DNA of 64,000 nucleotides, taken from IMG/VR virus record IMGVR_UViG_3300035210_000151. One strand, written 5' to 3'. The translations under genes were made by a program, and so were the position numbers. Shown here one piece after another: positions 1 to 10,494 of the stretch. A model generated the notes under the pieces. The model was not told the DNA's origin, did no database searches, and saw only the letters and a list, made by a program, of their open reading frames with translations. The DNA comes from a virus. Its lineage: Duplodnaviria; Heunggongvirae; Uroviricota; Caudoviricetes. Position 1 is the first letter of the stretch. Every line of letters starts with the position of its first letter.

Positions 1-548
1 TTGATGTATTTATCTTTCAAGTTTTTAACCACTTCGGTGGCACCAGATAACCAACCAGAATGCAAGTTTGTTCCGCCGTTAGCACGTAATTCGCTAATCG
101 CTCTGATCATTTCTAGTTTTGATTCTGATGTTACTTTTGTTGCATCTTTAACAACAGATGCCGAAGAGTGGAAGACTACAAGGGATACAAAGTCACCCTC
201 TTTCAAGCTTTCAACTGCTTTGATAGCTGCTTTTTTGACGAGTTCCATTTTGCTCATAGACGGTTGACGATTAATACCGCTTTCTGGAAACTGGTGGAAT
301 GGATTACCTATCATTGCTCTCATTGCCATTTGTGTTTGAAGACTTGAATTGATTTCAGCCATTGGTTGATATGAAATAAATTCTTGCATGGAACCTGATA
401 CGTCAATCACTAAGCTGAGATTTAGTTTTTGTCTTTTGATAGCTTTGTTTACTGCTTTTTTCACGCCTTCAAGTTCAACTAGGAAAAGTCCTGATTTCGC
501 TTGGTTATTTAGAGCAGCTTTTTCTGTAAAATATTTTATGTTGATCAT
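1..548 (-). CDS. VWA (von Willebrand factor A) domain protein, 3' end beyond the window
   Basis: Not in the ORF track because it runs off the edge. Manual minus-strand translation: MINIKYFTEK...LNLSLVIDVSGSM...SKMELVKKAAIKAVESLKEGDFVSLVVF...LRANGGTNLHSGW. MIDAS DxSxS and GGT motifs; AGGAGA RBS upstream. Confidence 0.9.
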   Translation of the reverse strand, partial: MINIKYFTEKAALNNQAKSGLFLVELEGVKKAVNKAIKRQKLNLSLVIDVSGSMQEFISYQPMAEINSSLQTQMAMRAMIGNPFHQFPESGINRQPSMSKMELVKKAAIKAVESLKEGDFVSLVVFHSSASVVKDATKVTSESKLEMIRAISELRANGGTNLHSGWLSGATEVVKNLKDKYI

Positions 549-550
549 GA

Positions 551-1243
551 TTATTCTCCTAGTCCTAATATTTGTTTAATTTTTTCGAGCATTTCTTCTT
601 TGTTTGTTACTGTAAAACCTTGTTCCATCTTTAAAAACAACTTTCCGTTATCATCAAGTGGATATTCACTGAACACCTTAACACTTGTCTTGTGAGAATC
701 TATGTAACTCGTTCCAGCTTTAAAGAGATCATTTCCTTGACCAGAAGCACCTAAAATAATGCTTTCCATTGTTCCTCTTTTTAGTGAAGAGTTAGCCATG
801 ACCTGTGGCATAATGGTGCCTGATGGACTTTCTAAACTGGCACCTTTATTACCCATGCTTCTGGCTGTAATAGAATTTAATACACTCATTGCATTGGCTT
901 TTAAATCACTATCTGTGTCTGTGTAATCATTTGTCGCTACTTCTTGTTCACCTGTATTAAGATATGAACCATAACTCAGTCCTCTTAATAGTTTTTCGCT
1001 TGCACCTTCTTTTTGAAGGGATTTAATGTTTAAAATTTGTTCTACATGTCCATCATCAAAATAGTTTTGACGACCATCTTTTACTGGTGGATTGATCAGT
1101 CGTTTGGCGAGTAAGTCTCGAACTTTCCTTACAGTGATTGTTTCAGAGAGTCGGCCATCGGCATTCTGGACATTCTCTTTCGTTTCTGCTATAATTCGGT
1201 TTACTTCGTCAACAAGCTGATCAAGTGTATATTGTTTTAGCAT
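551..1243 (-). CDS. MerR-family HTH transcriptional regulator with low-complexity C-terminal region
   Basis: ITVRKVRDLLAKRLINPPVKDGRQNYFDDGHVEQILNIKSLQKEGAS fits the MerR winged HTH; stop lies 2 bp from the VWA start. Confidence 0.75.
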   Translation of the reverse strand: MLKQYTLDQLVDEVNRIIAETKENVQNADGRLSETITVRKVRDLLAKRLINPPVKDGRQNYFDDGHVEQILNIKSLQKEGASEKLLRGLSYGSYLNTGEQEVATNDYTDTDSDLKANAMSVLNSITARSMGNKGASLESPSGTIMPQVMANSSLKRGTMESIILGASGQGNDLFKAGTSYIDSHKTSVKVFSEYPLDDNGKLFLKMEQGFTVTNKEEMLEKIKQILGLGE

Positions 1244-1273
1244 ATTGGTTACTCCGTTGATGTATATATATTT

Positions 1274-1310
1274 ACACTAATTGATGTCAATTGTCAATAG
1301 ATAGTGTCAA
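1274..1310 (-). promoter_or_regulatory. Promoter/operator region of the MerR-VWA operon
   Basis: Three TTGACA hexamers on the minus strand (1285-1290, 1292-1297, 1305-1310) within an imperfect inverted repeat ACACTA-ATTGA...TCAAT-aga-TAGTGT. Confidence 0.5.
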
Positions 1311-1346
1311 CGTTATTTAAAAATACTTTAATACTTGGGGATTTTA

Positions 1347-2093
1347 ATGAAACTTACCGATGAGTTTATGAGTGCAATCAAGAACTCTTTATTTGATACA
1401 TACAATATAAAATGTGAAATCTCTCTTAATTCTTTTACTTCCCAAGATGTGTTTCTGCGATTGGAAGGCACTATTAATGAGCGTGTCTTTGTGGGAACCA
1501 TGACTATTCTTAAAAGCTATTCAATCGAAAATAAATTTTCATTTTTTATTGATGGTCGTTTTGTGGGCGAACTTCATGATGATTTTATTAAGCATATTTC
1601 ATCCACTAATCCTTTATTTGTGGCAATGCATGAAGTAAACCAATTTGTCATTGAACAATTTTCTCGGAAAATACCTTTTGTTTACAAATCTTTTTATATT
1701 GGTGTTGGTGAGTTTTTCTATATCAATAATCAAATTGAGCAATTAAAGATTGATATGACCCCCGAGTTCTATCTCAACCTTTCAATTGGTATAAAACTTC
1801 ATGATAAAGATAGCAATTTAGACGGCAAGACTGATTTGCTTTTTGTTTCATACTCTACAAAAAATAACTTAAAGCAGATTCAGTACCAACTTCCAGCTTG
1901 TTTAACCATGAAAAAATTAAATGAGCATGATGATCTTGATGAGTTTAAAAAGACATTATTAAGAGAGTATATGAGCCGCTATTCTAGAATTACAAAGAAT
2001 AGATTATTGTTGCCAATTGAAAACTTTGATATTTTATCTTATGGGGTAATACTTGACCATCTTAAAATTCAGTCTATGAATGACATTGTATAA
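1347..2093 (+). CDS. Hypothetical protein, family A, C-terminal tag (DHLKIQSMNDIV)
   Basis: ORF; paralog of 2581..3303 (MKL..EF...IK.SLFD.Y, F.IG.GEF, KK.LLREYM..YS). Confidence 0.85.
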   Translation: MKLTDEFMSAIKNSLFDTYNIKCEISLNSFTSQDVFLRLEGTINERVFVGTMTILKSYSIENKFSFFIDGRFVGELHDDFIKHISSTNPLFVAMHEVNQFVIEQFSRKIPFVYKSFYIGVGEFFYINNQIEQLKIDMTPEFYLNLSIGIKLHDKDSNLDGKTDLLFVSYSTKNNLKQIQYQLPACLTMKKLNEHDDLDEFKKTLLREYMSRYSRITKNRLLLPIENFDILSYGVILDHLKIQSMNDIV

Positions 2094-2170
2094 GAGATAA
2101 ATAGTTTGATTAAAGATGTGTTTTGTGATAAAATAATCACTCTCATCAACCCCAATTAAGGTAAATAAAA

Positions 2171-2584
2171 ATGACAGAAACTCAAATGCATTATGTAAAC
2201 CAACTGTTTTTTGGATTGCCAGAAGATATGCAACAATTCATGATCAAAGATTTGGAATCTCGATTAACCCTAGAACAAATTGAAGAATCTAAGCAAACTT
2301 CTGAACAAATTTATTCTATTCTGTCTAACGTGGATTCGCTCTTGCTTTCTCATCATTTAGGTGAAGACAATCAATCTCATCAATCCGCTAATCTAAATTT
2401 TCTTTATTGTGAGAATTTACTTAATACTGTCGATGATGATTCAGTTGTTGCCTTTATTAAATTACTTGAAATGAACTTTACTCAAAAGGCTCTCGATGGT
2501 TTTATGCTCATTGCCGCACAAAAAAATGCGAGGTCTTTAGAGTTTGATCAGCTTTTTGCAGCCGCTAAACAGGATTTTTCATGA
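2171..2584 (+). CDS. Hypothetical protein
   Basis: 137 aa ORF, AAGGT RBS, upstream TGATAAAAT -10; ATGA overlap with the next gene. Confidence 0.8.
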   Translation: MTETQMHYVNQLFFGLPEDMQQFMIKDLESRLTLEQIEESKQTSEQIYSILSNVDSLLLSHHLGEDNQSHQSANLNFLYCENLLNTVDDDSVVAFIKLLEMNFTQKALDGFMLIAAQKNARSLEFDQLFAAAKQDFS

Positions 2585-3303
2585 AATTAAGTAAAGAATT
2601 TGAAACCCTCATTAAACAGTCTTTGTTTGATCGTTATGCTGTTGAAGATCTAAAAATCACTCGTGAACAACAGAAAGACTTTATACGATTTTCGTTAAAA
2701 GGTCTTGTTAATAATGAATCTTTTGTGGGATCTTTAAATATTGTCGAACATAAAGATAGCACAGCTTCATTTACGATGACAGGATGGTTTGATGGCAATA
2801 GTCGAAGTTTTATGAACCATGTATTGAAAGATAACATTTATACCAACACTATCAGTGAAATTGGTGAATTCTTGCATTCTAATTTTAGCAGACCTATTAC
2901 TACTGTCGTCGGTCGTTTTCACATTGGTATGGGCGAATTTTCTTTGGATGGGAAAAAAATTACTAATATCTCAATTAATGCTAATCCAGCGTTTAGGTCA
3001 CGAATTGAAATAATTCCAAAAGAAAAAGATAAAGTTATTGATAATATTTTGCTTGAAATTTCTTATATTGTTAAAGATGGTCAATCTCATTTTAATTATG
3101 CAACAAAGGATGAAGCTGTCTTTTATACTTCTGTTAATAATATGGACTTGGATTCATTAAAAAAAATCTTGCTTCGTGAATACATGACCGCTTATTCTTT
3201 ATTGACTGAAATCCCAAATTTATTAAGTTTTGATGAATTCAATACATTAAGTTATCAACACATCATTGATTATTTGACCGTTCAACAGATGAATGATATT
3301 TAA
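2581..3303 (+). CDS. Hypothetical protein, family A, C-terminal tag (DYLTVQQMNDI)
   Basis: 240 aa ORF; paralog of 1347..2093. Confidence 0.85.
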   Translation: MKLSKEFETLIKQSLFDRYAVEDLKITREQQKDFIRFSLKGLVNNESFVGSLNIVEHKDSTASFTMTGWFDGNSRSFMNHVLKDNIYTNTISEIGEFLHSNFSRPITTVVGRFHIGMGEFSLDGKKITNISINANPAFRSRIEIIPKEKDKVIDNILLEISYIVKDGQSHFNYATKDEAVFYTSVNNMDLDSLKKILLREYMTAYSLLTEIPNLLSFDEFNTLSYQHIIDYLTVQQMNDI

Positions 3304-3326
3304 CAATTTTAAAGAGGTGTTTTGTT

Positions 3327-4145
3327 ATGCTCACTGATAAATGTAAGAAACAGCTCAAAGAGCTATTAAGAGAGCGATATAACATTGATTGTCACAGAAT
3401 TGTTCAAGCTCAGGAAAATGCCTATAATTATTTTTACTTCACCTTAATTTGTGTTTGTGAAAATAAAGGTTTTGAAATGTTGTTGACCATTTCCCGTCAC
3501 ATGCGTTATCCAACGGTATTGAGAACTAATGTGGTGTTTGGCACCATTCAGGCTGATATTGAAGCGGATGAGTTCATTGATGATTATGATTTTACGATTC
3601 AGATTGACTCTAAAAATACCGACTTGGTTCGAATTTTATCCAACCAAATGTACGATAACCCTATTGTTAGTTCAATGAATAATATCAATAAACAATTTTC
3701 TCTAGGTATTGATAGCAAGTATTATATGTTGTATACAAAAATCATCCCTATTGTGGGGTTAATGAAAAAAGATAAGGGTTGGTTTAATATTAAGACCATC
3801 AGTGAAACACCTTATTTCGTAGGCAATCTCTGCAGTTCTTTTATTCATCCTAAACGTGCAACACCTGTAAATGAAGTATTGTTTAATTTCTTTATATTTG
3901 GTGATCAATTTAACTATGTTACAGGAACAAGAGCTACTTCGTCGGCCTATAACACAGAACCGTTGTTGCCCATCAATCCAGACACATTGAAATGTTTTGA
4001 AAAAGACATCTTTCAAGAAATCTTTTTTGCTTATTCAAAACTGTTTGATTTTAAGATTGAAGATATGTCAAAAGAAGAGCTTCGAGAGTTGGATATTGAT
4101 GATTTCTTACAATACATAGAAGTCCAGAAAATGGCACAAATTTAA
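3327..4145 (+). CDS. Hypothetical protein, family B, C-terminal tag (QYIEVQKMAQI)
   Basis: 272 aa ORF, GAGGTG RBS; paralog of 4159..4908 (IKTISETPYF/LKTISNYPTF, FQEIFF/FQELFL). Confidence 0.85.
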   Translation: MLTDKCKKQLKELLRERYNIDCHRIVQAQENAYNYFYFTLICVCENKGFEMLLTISRHMRYPTVLRTNVVFGTIQADIEADEFIDDYDFTIQIDSKNTDLVRILSNQMYDNPIVSSMNNINKQFSLGIDSKYYMLYTKIIPIVGLMKKDKGWFNIKTISETPYFVGNLCSSFIHPKRATPVNEVLFNFFIFGDQFNYVTGTRATSSAYNTEPLLPINPDTLKCFEKDIFQEIFFAYSKLFDFKIEDMSKEELRELDIDDFLQYIEVQKMAQI

Positions 4146-4158
4146 ATGAGGCATAGAA

Positions 4159-4908
4159 ATGTTAACCAGTGAATCAAAATCAAAAATCATAGATGAACTA
4201 GCCAAAAATGACATTGTTTGTACTAGTTTTATTGAAGTCTTGTCCATGAAAGAAAGTTATCCTAACTATAATATTTCAGCTATTTTTGAAGGCCATGAGA
4301 TTACATTAAAACTGATGTCTTGTGTTCTGGATAAGAATTATAATGTATTAGGTATGAAATTAGAACCAGATGGCAAGAATCGAGATGAAATTGTTAACTT
4401 CAGCGTTTCTTTACAAGGTGATAACTTGCACATTTTCAATAATTTTATTCAAAATAAATATTTGGAACAAGAGCTAAATGAAGTGGATAAAATTAACAAA
4501 GATTTTCCTTTTGATGTTGATTATGAAATTGCTTTATTTTATGATTCTTTTTGTTTTGCAACTGGCACAATGGTTTATGTTGATCGTTGTTATGAGTTGA
4601 AAACAATATCTAATTATCCAACATTTACGATTGGAGCTTATGCACATTATCCTACGGCTACATTTTATAGCAAAGGTAAATTACTTTTAAAATTTCATAA
4701 AAATAGATATAGAATTGCCTATAATTATACATTCACACCTATTGATGAGACTAAACCTTTACGATTAAAACTTTTTCAAGAGCTATTTTTGTATTATATG
4801 GAAAAAACAAAATTTAAAATGAATGTGTTAGACATGGATGAAATGTTATTGATGGATTATGATGATTTAATTGCTTATATAACTGTTCAGAAAATGGTTG
4901 ACATTTAA
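4159..4908 (+). CDS. Hypothetical protein, family B, C-terminal tag (AYITVQKMVDI)
   Basis: 249 aa ORF, GAGG RBS; paralog of 3327..4145. Confidence 0.85.
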   Translation: MLTSESKSKIIDELAKNDIVCTSFIEVLSMKESYPNYNISAIFEGHEITLKLMSCVLDKNYNVLGMKLEPDGKNRDEIVNFSVSLQGDNLHIFNNFIQNKYLEQELNEVDKINKDFPFDVDYEIALFYDSFCFATGTMVYVDRCYELKTISNYPTFTIGAYAHYPTATFYSKGKLLLKFHKNRYRIAYNYTFTPIDETKPLRLKLFQELFLYYMEKTKFKMNVLDMDEMLLMDYDDLIAYITVQKMVDI

Positions 4909-4985
4909 ATAAAAAGCTAAATAAAACTTTAAATGTTAACGAATTTATGATACAATACACTAAATTAAAAAACCGGAGTCCACGT

Positions 4986-5471
4986 ATGTCAAAAGTCCTA
5001 CAGTTCCCAGTTCGGCACAAAATAGATCCTGCCACTGTCGAGTTTTATGCTGAACTTTTAGAGAAAAAATCTGCCTTGCTCAATAATCAAGAACTCATTC
5101 TTGATAATTCTAACACTAATCGTCGTTTTAGTGGCTGCCACAACTCACTTGGGCCACTCTCAGAGCAAACTTATCGCTTGTTACTGGCCTTTGCTAATCA
5201 ACCTATTGAAGAAAACTGGGTTGCTGTAAAGGATACTCGTATTTTTGGTCGTATGACTCCTTTTGATATTGTGGCAGACAGTTATCCAGAATATACGGAA
5301 CCAGCCTCAGTCAATAAAGTGCCTTCCGCTGAAACGTTTAGTTTTGCCTTTTCTGTTATCAAACAGAAATTTTTAATGAAACAGTCATTGCTTTTAAACG
5401 AATATCAGGCTAGTATTGATGACATAGAAAATGAATACCCAGAATTGAAATCTACTTTTAAGGTAAAATAA
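4986..5471 (+). CDS. Hypothetical protein
   Basis: GGAG RBS before ATG 4986; TGATACAAT -10 upstream. Confidence 0.8.
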   Translation: MSKVLQFPVRHKIDPATVEFYAELLEKKSALLNNQELILDNSNTNRRFSGCHNSLGPLSEQTYRLLLAFANQPIEENWVAVKDTRIFGRMTPFDIVADSYPEYTEPASVNKVPSAETFSFAFSVIKQKFLMKQSLLLNEYQASIDDIENEYPELKSTFKVK

Positions 5472-5473
5472 CC

Positions 5474-5905
5474 ATGTTAACCAAAGTCACTATTCAAAAC
5501 ATTGATGCGAACACAGAGTTTAAGAAACTCTTTACCCGTCATGCATCTTACGAATTTGATACGCTTAATTTTGAAAAAGCCGTTTTGTTTGCAGTCAAGC
5601 GTGAATATGGCTACGGTGCGACTATTTCTAATAATACACTTGAGCAGTCGAGACATCATCATTCAGATTACTTTCTGGTGACTGATGTAGAATATGATGC
5701 TCGTGTTGATGATAAATATGATATGCTGGTTAATGGTGAAATCAAGCAAGGCACCAAGAAGGTCAATGGTCGTTTGAAAACTCGCATTCGAGTTGAAGTT
5801 AAAGTTGATCACATGGCCGCAAAAAAACTAGGAAAATTTGAGAAATTTATGTTAGAATGGCGGTTCAAAAAAAATGCTTACCAAACATACGGAATTAAGA
5901 AGTAA
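5474..5905 (+). CDS. Hypothetical protein
   Basis: 143 aa ORF, AAGGT RBS, directly follows the upstream gene. Confidence 0.8.
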   Translation: MLTKVTIQNIDANTEFKKLFTRHASYEFDTLNFEKAVLFAVKREYGYGATISNNTLEQSRHHHSDYFLVTDVEYDARVDDKYDMLVNGEIKQGTKKVNGRLKTRIRVEVKVDHMAAKKLGKFEKFMLEWRFKKNAYQTYGIKK

Positions 5906-5934
5906 TCAATTAAATTAAAAAATTAGGAGAAATT

Positions 5935-6243
5935 ATGTCAAAAGTTAACACCCCAGAAGTTACAGCAAAAGAATTTGCAACCGTTATCAGTGCAGCAATC
6001 ATGGATAAAGGTGCTACAGGTATTCAACATGTGCTAACTCAATATATGTTTGGTGAAAAGAAGTTTCTGAATGGTCTGTTGGAAGCAACACCGACTGATG
6101 AAGCACGTATGGCTGTTGTTCATATGGTTATTGATAATATCAAAGAAGCTTTTCAAGCCGGTGGTCGCCGCAATCTTGTTGTTGTTCTTGATCATTTGAT
6201 TGAACAATCAGCAGCTAAAAAATGTGGTATGGAAACGCTTTAA
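5935..6243 (+). CDS. Hypothetical protein
   Basis: 102 aa ORF, AGGAGA RBS. Confidence 0.8.
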   Translation: MSKVNTPEVTAKEFATVISAAIMDKGATGIQHVLTQYMFGEKKFLNGLLEATPTDEARMAVVHMVIDNIKEAFQAGGRRNLVVVLDHLIEQSAAKKCGMETL

Positions 6244-6257
6244 AAAGGAGTTTAACT

Positions 6258-6518
6258 TTGAAACAAATGATTTTGATTTATGATCCAGAGCTAGGTTGTA
6301 CAATGCCCACTGGTAAGATTGCCAGCTCTGTTAGTGGTTGTTTTGTTGCTTATGAAAAAGAAGGCTTCTTTAAATCTTCTTATGGTAGTTTTTCTATTAT
6401 TGAAGAGTTTTTGAAACAGGCAATTGAAAAGAAAATGGGACTGGAAGCAATTACCATTATCTATAGGATTGGTGATGATGATATTGAAATCAAGGCTTCC
6501 AGTAAATTAGCCACTTGA
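6258..6518 (+). CDS. Hypothetical protein
   Basis: AAGGAG RBS before TTG 6258 (alternative ATG 6267). Confidence 0.7.
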   Translation: MKQMILIYDPELGCTMPTGKIASSVSGCFVAYEKEGFFKSSYGSFSIIEEFLKQAIEKKMGLEAITIIYRIGDDDIEIKASSKLAT

Positions 6519-6671
6519 TTTAATTTTATAGAAGTTTAGAAGCCATACTTTTTTGTTGTTATCGACAAGACAGTTTGGTTTTTTTGTTTGTTTTCTAAAT
6601 AGAGATTGAATGTTTTTGTTTATTTTGATATACTCATCACTTAAATGATGCATTCAATTTAGGAAAACTTA

Positions 6672-7874
6672 ATGACACCCACCTTAGATGAAATATCAGT
6701 TAATCCAGATCTATTACGTCTTTTTTTGATTAATCAAGGATTAACAGAAGAATTTAAGGAATTTCCCTCTTTTTATTTTGATTATAAGGTTGAAAATGAG
6801 GCTTCATTTTTATGGGGTCACTGCATGAAGTTTATGGTTAGTAGAGGTGGTATTTATACTTATAAATTCAAAAATGAAGTGTTATTCTATTCTATTGTTT
6901 TTCCACTATTTAATCGTTCTGAAATTAATCAATTAGATTCTCTTTTTCGATTTATTGAAGATTTTTTCTATGATGGATCTTTAATAGAAAAAGAAAACTC
7001 ATATGAGATTAGTGTAACCAAGCCTGTTATTACTTCATCTAATGATCGTTTTGTTCTTCTTAAAAAAAGCAATAGTGATTTTAGATTATCAAATAAGTAC
7101 ATAACCGTTAATCTAAAAAACATTGAATTTGAGACAATCTATTCAAGCATCCTTGCTGAATTTAAAAATAAACTAGATATTTATCTGGATAAAAAAGATT
7201 CAATCATCACGATTGATGTCTTTAACTCAATCTTTAATGAAAGTGTTCCTATTTTAATTAATCGACTATTTAATAAATTAAGTGTCATTCCTGTTTGTAA
7301 TCAGACTTTTCTAGAATGCTTTGATGAGCAAACACTCTCGGTTGTCTCTAAAAACAATAAAAAATTAAAAGAGTTTATTCTAGACATAGAATCTGATCAT
7401 ATTTTTAGGGTTGATAACGATATCTATTATCACGTTTATTTTTATATTGATAGTATTTCTGTACTTAGAAGTCTACTTAAAAAATCAATGAGCTTAGAAG
7501 ATATTAATTTTCTGATACAGATTATTTCAATGACATTTTTTTATCACAATATTATGAACCCTGATAATAAGTTAATTTATTTTTCATTTGCTCGTTATAA
7601 TATATTTAACATGAATAAATTGAGAATTTTAGATGAAAAATTTTTTTATGACCTTGAATTTGGTGATTACTCAATTAAGTTAGGTAAAGATATAGTGATG
7701 GAATTTACAAATTTTATTGATGGTAGTGAACAATCATTTACAGTATCTACCATGCAAGAATTATATCAAAATCAATTTGATTTTATTACTGCCTCTATTT
7801 GTAAATCATTGTCAGCAGAACCTCATAATATCTGTATTCGAGATCTGAAAGTAATTGAGATGTTATTGCTGTAA
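6672..7874 (+). CDS. Hypothetical protein, family C, C-terminal tag (DLKVIEMLLL)
   Basis: 400 aa; first of three collinear tandem paralogs (NP..L..F, EN...F.W, LFY.I..P....SEI.QL); own TGATATACT -10. Confidence 0.88.
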   Translation: MTPTLDEISVNPDLLRLFLINQGLTEEFKEFPSFYFDYKVENEASFLWGHCMKFMVSRGGIYTYKFKNEVLFYSIVFPLFNRSEINQLDSLFRFIEDFFYDGSLIEKENSYEISVTKPVITSSNDRFVLLKKSNSDFRLSNKYITVNLKNIEFETIYSSILAEFKNKLDIYLDKKDSIITIDVFNSIFNESVPILINRLFNKLSVIPVCNQTFLECFDEQTLSVVSKNNKKLKEFILDIESDHIFRVDNDIYYHVYFYIDSISVLRSLLKKSMSLEDINFLIQIISMTFFYHNIMNPDNKLIYFSFARYNIFNMNKLRILDEKFFYDLEFGDYSIKLGKDIVMEFTNFIDGSEQSFTVSTMQELYQNQFDFITASICKSLSAEPHNICIRDLKVIEMLLL

Positions 7875-7955
7875 TTTCTTTCTCATAGAAATAGATGATT
7901 TTTTCACTGACATATGATATAATTCATGCTCTCAATACATTACAAGGGTTATTAA

Positions 7956-9161
7956 ATGACACCTACATTAAATGAAATTGAATCAAATCCAGAAATTTTA
8001 AGAGATTTTCTTATCTCACACAATCTTTCTGAGACGTATGTTGAAACACGGTCAATGAGTGATATTAATTATCCTATTGAGAATACTGATGAGTTTGTAT
8101 GGTCACACATTAAGACTTTCATGGCTTTTCGTGGTGGATATTATAACTTTAAGTTTAATAATCTAGACTTGTTCTATGCTATTATTTTTCCAACCTATTC
8201 GAATTCTGAGATTATTCAGTTAACGACTGTGCTGACATTTATTGATAAGTTATTTAATATGGATAAATACAAAATTCCAACCAATAGTTGCTCAATTACA
8301 GTTGTTAAACCAACCATTTCTGCTGATAATTCATATTTTACTATTATGCAGAAAAGTCCTAACAATTATCTTTTTAAAACAAAGCATATGGAAATTACGG
8401 TTAGAAGCCTTTCATTTGAGATACTTTATCATGCTATTTTGGTTGATTTGAAATTACATATTGAAAACTACTTTGGCGAAGAATTGCCTATTATTGATAC
8501 GGTTGTATTCAAAAATATGTTAAATGAAACGGCTAAATCTTATACTGATAGATTATTCAGCACTTCTGTTGTTAAGCCTATTACAAAAGAAGAATTTCTT
8601 GAATGTCTTGAACCTGTCAAATCAATTATTGTTAATGATGTAATTAAAGGCAACAATTATGGTAGTGGTTTTTGTGTGAATAAAGAAAAATTTATAAATA
8701 TTAACAGTGATGATCATAAGTATGGGTTTAGTTTTTTTATAAGTCTTAACAACATGTCACTACTTAAAACTATATTGAATAAGTCTATGTCATCAGAAAA
8801 TATTGATTTGTTGATTCACAACATCGCAATGACAGCCTTTTATCAGAATATTACAATGCCTAATGAACAAGTCACCTATATTGAGTTTTCTCGCTGTGAA
8901 ATATGTCATATGAACAAAACTCAAATTGCCCGAAAAGATTATTTTTATTCTATTACAGTGGGTCGTGACATGTTTACGTTAGGCATGGAGTTAGGTATCA
9001 ATATTATCCATGCTCCACATTGTATTAGAACAGAATCAATGCAAGACCTCTATCAGCAACAATTTAATAAGATTACGTCTAAAATTTGTGATATTTTGGA
9101 TACAGATTGTAATAATGTTACCGTAGCCGATCTTCAAGTTATTGATATGGCTTTGTTTTAA
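7956..9161 (+). CDS. Hypothetical protein, family C, C-terminal tag (DLQVIDMALF)
   Basis: 401 aa paralog; own TGATATAAT -10. Confidence 0.88.
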   Translation: MTPTLNEIESNPEILRDFLISHNLSETYVETRSMSDINYPIENTDEFVWSHIKTFMAFRGGYYNFKFNNLDLFYAIIFPTYSNSEIIQLTTVLTFIDKLFNMDKYKIPTNSCSITVVKPTISADNSYFTIMQKSPNNYLFKTKHMEITVRSLSFEILYHAILVDLKLHIENYFGEELPIIDTVVFKNMLNETAKSYTDRLFSTSVVKPITKEEFLECLEPVKSIIVNDVIKGNNYGSGFCVNKEKFININSDDHKYGFSFFISLNNMSLLKTILNKSMSSENIDLLIHNIAMTAFYQNITMPNEQVTYIEFSRCEICHMNKTQIARKDYFYSITVGRDMFTLGMELGINIIHAPHCIRTESMQDLYQQQFNKITSKICDILDTDCNNVTVADLQVIDMALF

Positions 9162-9221
9162 AGATTGTTGATTTTATAAATATATTTTGTTATAATCACA
9201 ACTATAATTAAAGGTGAATAA

Positions 9222-10421
9222 ATGGCCACACTACTCCAACAAATAACATATAATCCAGATATCTTGCATAATTTTTTTATGGAAAATAACCTTACGCCTA
9301 TTTTTAAAGAACAATCAGACTTTATGTTTAATTTTATGGTAGAAAATAAAGATTCATTCTTATGGGGGAAATACTTTCCAAATCCTCTTAACCAAATGGC
9401 AATTTATAATTTTAAATTTATTAATGATGATTTATTTTATTCTATAATTATGCCTAATTATACGAAATCAGAAATTAAACAATTGATTACTTTATTGTCT
9501 TTTATTGACACCTTATTTGATGGTGAGATTCGTAAATCTTATAATGATAGTTGCTCTTTTACTGTTTTACCCAATCATGTATATGCTGAAAACTCATATT
9601 TTCAGATTGACTGTTTTGGCTTAGAAAATTTTTCGTTGTCTACACTACATAGTGTAATTAAGTTAGATAATCTCTCTTTCAATTGTGTTTATTTTTCTTT
9701 ATTAAATAATTTAAAAAACAAAATAGATGGATATTTTAATCAGCCAAATATGATTATTGATAACACTGTTTTTAAAAATATGTTAAATGAAACTCATGAG
9801 GAATACATTAATAGAACTTACATTAATTCTCTGGTTCACCCTATATCTAACAATGAACTCACAGAGATTATTAACCAAAGTGATGTTAAATCAGTTGTCA
9901 TGAAGTCTGTAGAAAAAAAGATGCTGTGGGATAACACAATTTCGATTATTGATAATCGCCTTATTATTGATGATAGCCAACCATTTATTAGGATGAATAT
10001 TTGTCTTGATGATTTGTCCATTCTTAAAAAAATATTTAAAAATTCAATGAATGAAAGGGATGTTGGATTGCTTATTAATACACTTTCTATGATGTTTTTT
10101 TATTACAAAATGACAAAGAGAAATCAAAAAATTAAAGATTTATCACTAACTTTTTCTAATAATTCCTTTTCATCTAAAACTGATATAGATGCAATGGATA
10201 CTTTATTTTTTATCGAGATTGGATCAGATATATTTACTTTTGGACATAGTATTGGTATTAACATTGTAACAAATCCGACATCTCCAAAAATTGATACTTT
10301 TGAAAAGTTTTATCAAAAACAATTTAATGAAGTAACATCAACAATTTGCGATATTCTAGCCACAGATCGAGACAACATCACAGTAAAAGATTTTCAAGTT
10401 CTTGATATGGCATTATTTTAA
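9222..10421 (+). CDS. Hypothetical protein, family C, C-terminal tag (DFQVLDMALF)
   Basis: 399 aa paralog; own TGTTATAAT -10 and AAGGTG RBS. Confidence 0.88.
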   Translation: MATLLQQITYNPDILHNFFMENNLTPIFKEQSDFMFNFMVENKDSFLWGKYFPNPLNQMAIYNFKFINDDLFYSIIMPNYTKSEIKQLITLLSFIDTLFDGEIRKSYNDSCSFTVLPNHVYAENSYFQIDCFGLENFSLSTLHSVIKLDNLSFNCVYFSLLNNLKNKIDGYFNQPNMIIDNTVFKNMLNETHEEYINRTYINSLVHPISNNELTEIINQSDVKSVVMKSVEKKMLWDNTISIIDNRLIIDDSQPFIRMNICLDDLSILKKIFKNSMNERDVGLLINTLSMMFFYYKMTKRNQKIKDLSLTFSNNSFSSKTDIDAMDTLFFIEIGSDIFTFGHSIGINIVTNPTSPKIDTFEKFYQKQFNEVTSTICDILATDRDNITVKDFQVLDMALF

Positions 10422-10494
10422 ATTTTTTACATTTTAATTTGATCTCAGCTTCTTTTTTTGCTATAATGGTCATCTATTCATTGGAGGTCTACAT

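Noticed and set aside
1-579. Plus-strand ORFs 1..267 and 388..579
   Set aside because: They are antisense shadows of the minus-strand VWA gene, which has an RBS and clear motifs.
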